Position numbers and translations under genes: made by a program. 64,000 bases of DNA from Ylistrum balloti (taxonomy: Eukaryota), in assembly GCF_031769215.1 (NCBI RefSeq), contig NW_026782437.1, positions 248,001-312,000 of the forward strand, in the 5' to 3' direction. The notes beneath the pieces are model-generated. The model was not told where the DNA came from. It made no database searches and worked only from the letters and a program-made list of their open reading frames with translations. Positions 22,901-34,900 of the stretch are shown here, piece after piece. Position 1 is the first letter of the stretch, and every line of letters starts with the position of its first letter.

Positions 22901-25900
22901 AAGGATTCTTGGTAATATTATATGTTACTAAGATGAAAAGTTTCAGCCTTTTTGCTGAATTTGACTTTTTCTGATTATGAAAATAGTGTAAACTTTCAAT
23001 CTTTACCATAGAAAATATTTCAAAATCCAAGTTTCAGCTCTTCTGCCTTTGAGCTGAGTTCTTTTCTGATGTTATCATTATTTTGAAGGTCTCTCTTATG
23101 CTGAGGCGACTTCACGAGCTGAAAGCCCAGATGGAACAGGAGAACAAGGAACAGATTTGTAAACAGGATGAAAATCATAGATACTTTTCCATGTTTGATG
23201 TACACAAAGCAGACAGCACACCCGACAAAACAGAACGAGGATGTTCAAGTGCCAAAAAGAAAAACAGTCCAGGGAAATCAGGATGTGATTTAACAAACAT
23301 CAAAGATAACTACACTAGTAACAACTTGCCAAAAGACTTGAATATGCCAGTAAACCTCATATCTAGTATGCCAGATAGCCCATTAAATGACAATAGTTAC
23401 GGAAAGCAAGAATTGATCATGCCTTTGAATCCATCTCATTCTAGTACACCGGTGAAACAGGACAATAGTTGTGGTCAGATAGATTTAGATAAACCAATAA
23501 ATCCAAGTGATTTTAGCACCACAGTTAAATCAACAAGTGATAGTAACCAAATTCATCAAGATGACTTGAAGTTTGTAAAACCAAATTGTCAGAGTACTGA
23601 AAAATTGGTCAAAGATGGCAGCAGCCCAGAAAAGGCGTCCACACAGGAATTACAAGATAGTAGGGAGGCAAGTCCCATCAAATCAGGACAGAAAAAATCC
23701 TACCGGCAGATGGCCATGAAGAGGGCTTTGTCTCCGAGCTACTACAGTGAAGAAATTTATAGATTTACACGTACAAAAACACGAGAGGATTCAGTTGGTA
23801 AACATGCCATCAATCAATATTTACATGTCTTTTTTATGACTGCTCTTCAATGTATATTTTTTACTAATTAAATTTCACTATTTTGAATACCAGACAGACT
23901 TTTGGGAAACAAAAGTTGTGAAAATATAAACTTATGTTAATCAAGATATAGAAAAATCAGTCTTTAGATTCCCATGATTTTGCTTCAGACACAGTCATAT
24001 GAATACTTACGTAAGATTGTATATGGAATTTCATATATGTAAAATAGAAAAATTGTGAAATATACCTGTTCAAAGTACAGGGAGCTGTTTAATGAAGTAG
24101 TACAGAAGTTTAATTCTATTTACATTATGGTCATTGTGAGATCAAGCATTAATGTTACCTGGCAATATACAAAATTAACAGTCTAACTGTTATACATCTA
24201 CAAACTGAATGAAAATGTTATAAATGTAGTAAATGTACATTGATAGGAAAAGATTTGTAATTAACAATGAAAAATAATAGGGAAACAAGGATTATTTTGA
24301 CCACACTATATAATACTGTGTACCTGGAATTACTTGTAGGAGAATTCAGCAACAGCAGCTGGGCAGAAATGGAGCCATATGTAATTGGAACATTCTGCCT
24401 TTCTCCACTTTCTACTGCTATGAAGCAGAGACTGATTCTGCAGTACCTCACTCCAATGGGGGAATACCAGGAGGTAAGTTATAAGTCACTTCAGAAAAGC
24501 TGTTACTGGGTGAAGGCCAGCTGAGAGGTAGGTTAAAAGTCACTTTAGAAAAGAGGTAACTGGGAAAAGGCCAGTTTAGGGTAGAGGTTACTGAGAGGTA
24601 GGTTAAAAGTCACTTCAGAAAAGTGGTTACTGGGAGAAGGCCAGTTTAGGGTAGAGGTTACTGAGAGGTAGGTTAAAAGTCACTTCAGAAAAGTGGTTAC
24701 TGGGAGAAGGCCAGTTTAGGGTAGAGGTTACTGAGAGAAGGCCTTCTTTGGGTAGAGGTTACCAAGAGGTCGGTTTTAAGTCACTTCAGAAAAGTGGTTA
24801 CTGGGAGAAGGCCAGTTTAGGGTAGAGGTTACTGAGAGGTAGGTTGAAGGTCAGCTTTGGTCAGTGGTTGTTTGAAGGTTGGTTAATGTCACTTTGGGAT
24901 AGAGGTTACTGGAATGTGTAGGTAAAAGGTCACTGTAGAAGAGTTTATCTAGAGGGATTATTATATTGATTTTGAAATTTATTCCAGCTGATATCTGATG
25001 CATTTGAGCACAATGCTGTAGACCTTATCTTCTACTACATCGATTTGAAGTGCAACAAAGACATCAGACTGGCATTTGAGGCGCTGAAGGTGAGCTTCTT
25101 TACTGATAGATTTTTGTTATGTGACTTGGGGGGAAAACATGAACAAAACTAACATCTTAATGATAAGAATGTTCTGCAAAAAAAAATATTTGATAGAAAA
25201 ATCTCCAACGAATGATGGGTTATCTAGCCACACTGACAGATGATGTTTGGGTAATTTTAAACAGTACCTAGCCACATTGACAGATGGTATTTGGGTAATT
25301 TTAAACAGTACCTAGCCACATTGACAGATGATGTTTGGGTAATTTTAAACAGTATCTAGCCACACTGACAGATGATGTTTGGGTAATTTTAAACAGTATC
25401 TAGCCACACTGATGTGCCATAAGAAGTTTGCCATAGAATTCCTTCAGATGAGTGGATTACAGAGGTTACTGAATGTGTATCGTCCCTCCATTGCTGCCAC
25501 TGGTGTGTCCCTCTGTTTGTATTACCTCTCTTACTTTGAGGATGTCTTGGAAAGAGTGAGTATTACACCAACTATAGTACTATCTTTAAGAAAGCATTGC
25601 CAAGAAGCAAGTTCATCCGAAGTTTGGCATTTTCATGAATTAAGTTCTACCCTGAGTCCACCTGTTAAGTCATATTAAAGAATAGTGTAACCTCATTCTT
25701 TTGATATTCTTTTTTCTAGCTTTAATACATTGGAAAAATATAATAAGTGAGATATTTTAACAGTCATTATGGATTCCACTTTGATTCTCTTATAACATAT
25801 ATTACTTACAGAGAAACATGACCCTTATGTAAGCTTTCTGTTGAATCAAGTACATGTATTTTCCCTAGAGAGATATTGCCTTGACTGAATTATTTCCTTG

Positions 25901-28900
25901 ATTCAAGAATTGATATCAGTAATAAATATTTCACTGTAAAAAAATCTATGTGTCTATATTAGTAGATTGATGTTTCATGTCAGTCTTTACTATTAAAACC
26001 AGTTGTGGTTATTATTATTCTGCTTATAAATTATGTAATAAATCGAGTAGAATTCACTCTAAGATCTGCCTTAAAAAACCCAAAAGGGTATGGATTTGAC
26101 CGACCATGCTGACAGAGATTTACACTGGTAAAATACAACTGTATCCAATGTTAATTTTCCAGGTGTGTCTCTTGCCTGAACATGTGTTATCTCATCTTGT
26201 CAGGTGAGTTGTGGAGTTTACAAAGGATGTTTGTAATAAAATCATTGAATCAAAGTTTAAACTTTACAAAATATTGTATACACATTAATCCTTAGACTTG
26301 TTGCAATTAGCGAACTACCTGCCTAAAAAATTGTATACGCTGGTCCTAAAATTATAGTCTATATCGATTTAAACAATAAGAATTTGTTCTTTATTTCTTC
26401 TTTCAATATCAAATCTTACAAAGAATTGTTTGCTAAGATTAGAGTTCTTTAAGAGTTATCATTTCAACAAGGCCACTGAGGTTCTTTCTATTAATAACTG
26501 ATTTGAAACCTTTGTTTACTTTTTTAAGTATTTATAATCTAATTGGCAAGATTTTGATTACCTCCCTCTCAAACATACAAGAAGCAGTCTTCTCAGCACA
26601 GGCCAGTAATAAATTACAGTTACCAGATAAACCAATAGAAACTATTGTCTGCTTCCAGCTACTTACTCTGGTTGATGGAATGTTCCCATGACTCCAGTCG
26701 TTGCCATGCAGCCATGTTTTTTGGGATGGCATTCCCGTTCCGAGTGATATTAGACTTGTTTGATCAGAAGGATGGCCTGCGACGATTGTTCAATGTGGTA
26801 GGTGAAAGGTTTTGGTTATATCTCCATTTAGCATTGGTTTTAATTATTGAAGTTTGTCTTTTATCTTATACTGCATACAGTGTTGTCTGACACCAAACTA
26901 ATATCTAGGTCAAATATATTTAAAGGAGATTTTAATGATTGTAAAGGATTCTAAAGTTCATTGATATTTGAAATGCTTGCTCAAATTAAAGACTATCTAT
27001 TAACAGGTATATTGAAATGCTGTTCCTTCAGCTTAAATTTTGAAAATATTTCGTTCTGAAAAAGAAGTTTTAAGATCCATGGCTGGTAATCTTTACCATT
27101 GTGTGTGTTACATTAGGTAAGTACACTCGAGATTCTCAATGTGGAAACTCGGCGGGATAGCCTGAATGAAGACCAGATCTTCACCATGAGGCAGTCTGCA
27201 CGCCATGTGTCTCTCGCCATGAAGCGTTACTTTGAAGCTCACCTAGCTCACAAGATTGATGAGATTCGACGGTCTCATGCCAGGAATGATGGCAGCTCAC
27301 CTGTACAGGAAAACCCAGCCTACAAGGTGTGTTTCAATTTATAATTATAAACAATTTCATTGATATATAAACACATCTAGTGAAAAAACCACTTCAAACA
27401 CTCTGTTGTAATTGTTTTATATAGTACAATATTTACAGCACAGAAACTATAATACATAAATACAAACTCTGGCTTGACTGCCATGAGTTATGACAAAAGC
27501 ATGGAATTTTGTTTTTATATAAATTTACTTCAATGAGCTGACATTAAGTGTCATGGGAAATTCTAAGCTATATTTTTAACCTAAACCATTAATTCATTGA
27601 TATTATCTTAATTTATACCATTCTATTTTGTGATGTTTGCTGTCATGATCAATATTTCCTCGGTAGGAGAAAGGACAGAAATTTTAATTCATGAGCAGCT
27701 TCTTGTTTAATGTACTGAGTCGAGGACCAGAGATATGGCATATTGTTTTTCATTTGAAATTGTTTACACATGTTCCTCAGTCAACACTGTTATTTCCAGG
27801 CTATAAAGTTGAGTCCAGAACTTGTCCAGGAGAATGTTGAGCTGATGATGGAATTGATGCCAGTGCGGGCACACTGGGCACCAGAGGCTACCTTTCATAA
27901 ACTGGGCGGGATACAGCTTCTGTCGCAGCTCATCGCCATGGCACCTAGCTGGAACAACTATCCGGGAAAGTGAGTCGGCTCTGTTTCTTGTAATCAAACA
28001 ATTCACGAGAACTTTTTTATTTTGTACACTTGGGTTTAGTTACTATAGAGAGTAATCTATGGTAGAAAATTTTATCAGAAATCAGATGATATAATGAATT
28101 GGATATGGACCAGTGGTTAAATTTTCAAACTTTTGCCACTTTACAAAATTCTTCAAGGGCTTATATACCTACAGGAACTAGAATAACTATCATCCATTCT
28201 AATACCTGACGTCTAAAGATATGACTTGGGTTGTTTTACAGGCCAGAGATGATTAGGAATGCCCTGGATGTGATAAATGTTTGTACGGTGACACCAAAGT
28301 CACAGCTTGCTCTGCTAGACTCTGTACCAATGCTGGAAAATCATCGAATCCATGCCATCAGGTCTGTGATCCTTTCTCTTCAAAACTCTAATCAGGGCCA
28401 CTTGGGTGTTTGGTGTCTGTATATATCCAGACTACCAGTAGCGTATTGGTCTGCAGGAAACTCAGTCCAGGATAGATGTTGTTCTATTTCTATGTTGTAC
28501 ATTGAATATTTGAAGTAGGATATGGACTGAAGGATGGCACTATGGTTTAAAAAGAAAACTGAGAAAAATGATTGTTGGTGTTAAAAAGAAAATTTTTAAA
28601 TGTGCCCTCAACTCCTTCTGGAATAATGCTGTAATGTGCTCTCTTATATAGCACAATATGAATTTTTTTTAAAATGTGCCCTCATATCCTTTCTGGAATA
28701 ATGCTGTAATGTGCTCTCTTATATAGCACAAAATGAATTTTTTTTTTTAAATGTGCCCTCATATCCTTTCTGGAATAATGCTGTAATGTGCTCTCTTATA
28801 TAGCACAAAATGAATTTTTTTTTTTAATGTGCCCTCAACTCCTTCTGGAATAATGCTGTAATGTGCTCTCTTATATAGCACAAAATGATTTTTTTTTAAA

Positions 28901-31900
28901 TGTGCCCTCATATCCTTTCTGGAATAATGCTGTAATGTGCTCTCTTATATAGCACAAAATGAATTTTTTTTTAAATGTGCCCTCATATCCTTTCTGGAAT
29001 AATGCTGTAATGTGCTCTCTTATATAGCACAAAATGAATTTTTTTTTAATGTGCCCTCATCTCCTTTCTGGAATAATGCTGTAATGTGTTCTCTTCTATA
29101 GCACATAATGAAAAAGAGGTCAAAAATTCTTACCATGAAGGTACCTACAGTGAAAGAACTTGGTTTAGCACAAGAGCCATATTTCAGATAAGAAAAACCC
29201 ACTGAGACGGTTGTACTTGTGAATTATTAAAGAATTCAGATACTTGAGTGACCTAACAAACTTGCTGACAAGATTTGTCAGAGCTTTTATAGAGAAAATT
29301 TGTACTTCTTGATGTATTTTGTCTTGGTGTCCTAACATATGTAGCCTATTGTAGTGTGTTGATTGGACTAGCTGAGGGAGATGTGCTGTCAGATCCTGAG
29401 GTACAGAAATCTGCCCTCAATGTCATCATCAACTGTGTTTGTGGGCCTGTGGAGAGGGTGAGTATATATACAAAGGTACAGAAATCTGCCCTCAATGTCA
29501 TCATCAACTGTGTGTGTGGGCCTGTGGAGAGGGTGAGTATATATACAAAGGTACAGAAGTCTGCCCTCAATGTCATCATCAACTGTGTTTGTGGGCCTGT
29601 GGAGAGGGTGAGTATATACACAAAGGTACAGAAGTCTGCCCTCAATATCATCATCAACTGTGTTTGTGGGCCTGTGGAGAGGGAAAGTATATACACAAAG
29701 GTACAGGATTCTGCCCTCAATGTCATCATCAACTGTGTTTGTGGGCCTGTGGAAAGGGTGAGTATATATACAAAGGTACAGAAGTCTGCCCTCAATGTCA
29801 ACATCAACTGTGTGTGATCATGTAGAGAGGGAAAGTATATATAGCGACACAGAAGTCTGTCCTCAACATCATCAACTGTGTGTGTGGGCATGTAGAGAAG
29901 AAAAGTATATATACAAAGGTACAGGATTCACCCCTTAATAGTGAGTATATATAGAGGCACGGAAGTCTGCCCTCTTTGTCATCATCAACTGTGTGTGTGG
30001 GCCTGTGGAGAGGGTGAGTATATATACAAGGTACAGAATTCTGCCCTCAATGTCAACATCAACTGTGTTTGTGGGCATGTAAAGAGGGAAAGTATATACA
30101 GCGACACAGAAGTCTGTCCTCATTGTCATCATTAACTGCGTGTGGGCATGTAGAGAGGAAAAGTATATATAGCGACACAGAAGTCTGTCCTCATTGTCAT
30201 TATTAACTGTGTTTGGGCATGTAGAGAGGAAAAGTATATATAGCGACACAGAAGTCTGTCCTCATTGTCATTATTAACTGTGTGTGGGCATGTAGAGAGG
30301 ATAAGTATTTGAAGAGGAATAGAAGTCTGCCCATTGTAATCAACTGTGTGTTTGGGTTTGTAGAGAAGGTGAGTATATATACAAAGGTACAGAATTCTGC
30401 TCTTAACATCTTCAATGTGTTGGGGCATGTAGGGAGTGTAATTATATAAAGAAATTCAGAGGTCTGCCATCCATGTCATTTATGGGCATATGGAGAGGGT
30501 ACAAAATTCTGCCCTCATTTTCGTCAACTGTGTGTGGACCTGTTGTTTATACAGAGCTAGAAGGATTGAGAATAGGATAGATCCTTACTCCATTGCCAGT
30601 GACAATAATAGAATTCTTCATTTTGTTTTTAAAAATGCTTTTTGAGAATAAATATGCATTTCAACATATTTACAAAATAATGCTCAGTAGAAGAAGGCAG
30701 AGGAAATTTATTTTCCCAATTTGAAATGTTTCTGTTTATAATTAATTAAGACCATTTATTTACAGTTGGGCGGTGGAGTGGGAAGATATATGGGGACTGG
30801 TGCCAAGAAAAAAATCAATCTGAAGATGGGAGAAGATGTCCTTAGTCGCATGTGGAATGGAGTGCGAATCAACAATGGTATTATGGTAAGCATTTTATCA
30901 GTCCATTCCAAGCCAGCGGCAACAACATTTCTAGTAGAAGTTCGGGGAAAAAAATTCCAAAAAGTTATGGTTATCATAAAATGTCTGCAAATCCATCATT
31001 TACCCCACAAAAAATGATTTAGAGGATTTGGAAGGATGTGTCATCTTTGTCCCTTTTTCTCTGCATTTGTCATTGAACAGTTTCTTAGTATAAATTGACA
31101 GACCAAAGGTGAGGATGTCATGTTATTTGACCAATAGATAACTATATATTCCTTGATCTTTGTTCCTAATCACAAGATTCTATATACTTCCAGAGTTTGG
31201 AAATATCCAAACATTGATGTTGAAAAAATTGTATTATCTAGAGCTATGATAAGTTAGTGTGTTATGATCATGATGTGTTAAATTTACTGTCTTACTGCAA
31301 AAATGTAATATAGAATATTGGTTAGTTGAAACATCTCAGACTAGCACAATAGATCTTCTGGGCCCCCTCTGTTGTCAGAAAGGCGATACACATGTCATGA
31401 AAACTTTCTGTTGACAGGTGCTTTTGAAGTTACTGTCTGTCAAAACACCCATCACAGACGCCGACTCGCTCCGAGCCCTGGCATGTAAGGTAAGGTCCTT
31501 GGATAATATTGTGTACTGAATTTGTACAAATTGCGATAAAAGGGTGTGACTATTGATATCTGTGGTTTTTGTGTTGGTGTTCTGTTAAGAATCATTTAAA
31601 TACATCAGTCCAGCACTCAGTCAAACAATAAACACATCCATCTCTCAATTAAATCATACGAAATAATTTAAAGATCGTAACCATCAATCTAAAAATATAT
31701 TTATGCTGAACTTGTTGATTTTTAACCAGAAATATGAATATATAATTAATGCTAGACATTATTAATAATTAGATATTCAGTATCTGTAACAAATGTAGAA
31801 TACACAGGAAATATGAACTTCTGTCTTTACTGATGCCTAATTGTTGTCTTTACCTTCAGGCTTTGGTTGGCTTGTCTCGATCTGAGACCGTTCGACAAAT

Positions 31901-34900
31901 CATCGGTAAACTACCATTGTTTAATAATGGGCAGCTACAAAGTAAGTCAGTATTGTCTTTGTGTTGGTCTGTACTTGTTAGTGCTGTGTGGAACTCTTAC
32001 ATTTTCATGGGGTTAAAATTTTCTGGTTTTTAAAAGGATATTAATTCGCTGGCACTGTATTTCATAAATAAATGGACATCCAGTTGTACTAAAAATTCAT
32101 GTTGTTGTGTGGATAGATGAATTTGTGTTAGCAGCTGACGAATATTAATGATCTTGAAATAGGACATCAGATTCTATTTCAGGATACAAAGATAAATAAA
32201 ATAAATGTACATTACCAATAATGTGTGGTAACATGACTTTGTTGAGATTCTGTCTCTGAATACAAAGACGGTTAAAATAAATGTACATTACCAATAATGT
32301 GTTGTAACATGACTTTGTTGAGATTCTGTCTCTGAATACAAAGACGGTTAAAATAAATGTACATTACCAATAATGTGTTGTAACATGACTTTGTTGAGAT
32401 TCTATCTCTGAATACAAAGACGGTTAAAATAAATGTACATTACCAATAATGTGTTGTAACATGACTTTGTTGAGATTCTATCTCTGAATACAAAGACGGT
32501 TAAAATAAATGTACATTACCAATAATGTGTTGTAACATGACTTTGTTGAGATTCTGTTTCAGGATACAGTGATGGTTAAAATAAAAGTGTGTTGTAATAT
32601 GACTTTCGCTACAACGTTACAAAAATACAGTAATTTTTGGTTCATTCTTTAGAATGTATCACAATGTGTTCCAAACAAAAGTCATAGCTGCCGTGTTTGG
32701 ATGATTCCGAAATATTGATCACCCTGCATTTATAGATTAGAATTACTCTCTGCAATATACCGTGAACATGCTGACTTAAGGTAGGGGAGATTGCCTTAAT
32801 ACAGGAAATGATACAACAGTTGTTGGAAACTCTGCTGAAACTTTGGTATATGTGGGTAGGCTTATTGCTAGTCATTGGCCTTCTATTATCTGATAAACTT
32901 AACTCAGTGATATTCAGATTGTTGTTTGTCAGTGTAATGAAATATACCCGTCATCCTGACTTCCATCATATATACACTTCATGGTATGTTTGCTTTTCTG
33001 TTGCAGTGTTGATTAAAGAACCAGTGTTACAAGACAGACGTCAGGAATTTGTGAAGTTCTGTAAATACGCAAATAATCTGCTGGAGCGTGTCTCTGGAAA
33101 ACACTCCCACGCCAACTTTGATGCATCCCTCGATGAAATCAGAAGGGTAGGTAGTTCTGACAGACATAAATCATAGATATGAAATATGAATTTTTAATCA
33201 AAATTATCTATGATAATAATAATTGCTTGTGTCATATTGTTGTGTTTTTGTAAAATCAGAATAATTCATTACCATTATCAATTAATCTCCTTAACTCAAA
33301 TATAATTATACATACTCAAAGCATGATTACTCCTAAAACATCGAAAAAGATATGGTTTGTTTTTTATTAGTATTTGTTGTAAAACATCTTTTTACATGGC
33401 GAATCGTTAAAGATGTTTCCCTGTATGTAGAAAATGTAGGTGTTATTACTGAAGGTTAGCTTACAGTAAAATCCAATATAAATCTTAACCTTTTTTATTT
33501 ACAGGCAGATATCGTAGCTCAAACAAAGATCATCTTTCAAGAGAGGGAGCTCTTACAGTTGATGTACAGCCATCTTGTCTCCCAAGGTATGATGTGTTTG
33601 GTGTAAACTGCTTGGACTTCTGTTTTTCGGGTTTATCAACCCCTCTTAACAATCAGGGTCATTTTGAGGCAGGGTCTTGTATAAGCTGGTAGATACCTCA
33701 CTGAACACAATATAGAAGGCCTGTCACATGCTATTCAGAAAAATTAAGGTAAAGTTTCTTGCCCAAAGACACAGCCATGATGGCACAGGGCGGTAAGTTT
33801 TTCAGTTTTGTGAGTATCACAAATTATCATGGTTAAAAGAGTTTAACCACATTCCTTGGATATTCATCGGAGGTTAGTTAACCAACCCTTAAATTGCCTG
33901 AGGTATTGTGGCCACAAACTGATTTTCAGTCATTCATCTTATATCCAGTAGTAAATGCTTGCCTGGCAATAAATCCTGTTGTTAGACTTAATTACATAGT
34001 TGTGACATTATCCAGTGATAAACTCACTCCAAAATAGAATTATTAAAATTGATTTGACTATGAGTTCTACCCCTGGAAAATCTCTTCTTTGAAGATAGCA
34101 TTGAAACTAATCAGGTCTTGACATTCCATATCCTGTTACAAAAATGCTGGGCATGAATAGACTAACACACCCATGCTTCAAGGATTTGCCAGAGGGTCTG
34201 GTTCTGCATCTAAGGGCATACTCGCCAAGTCAATAACAATGTAGGGGTAGAGATTTCTACTCACAACTATATGTAACTACCAGGCTATGAGAAAGGGATA
34301 CACTTATGATACTAGGGTACCATGACTACTTAAGCTGGTAAGTTAGTCCTGATAAAATGTCTTGACAGTATTTTTTAAATTTAGTTGTTGCAAGTTTACA
34401 TACCCTGTATTGTTGTTAAAGGTTTACATGAAGCAGCATCTGCCCTACAGAAGGAAGCTAATTTACCGGTGTTCTCATCAACTCCACAACTTCACTCCAC
34501 AAGTCCTCATTTCTTCTCTACACCCCATCACACGCCAAAATTGGTAAGTAATTTTCTCCTATCGTTGCATAAAAATATTGTAAAATAACATAACTCCTTC
34601 TCTGCTTCCTATACATGGTCAAGGAATATTAGAAGTGTAATTTAGGCTGGCATGCTACCAAATTGAAATAACTTCAACCTTGACCTACTTTAAAGGCCAC
34701 ATTGAATATGACTTACAGGCCCTTTTTGTCTCTTGGTTCCTTTAATCTTGCAAGAATTGTATTCTGGAAGACACCATTATATTATTGTAAGAGGGACTGG
34801 CCTGAATAAGGATTGACAAAAGATCAACATAGATCACTGATTGAAAAAAACTGTATAGGAAATTATTCAAATTTTTTCAAGTTCAGGATTATTTTTAATT

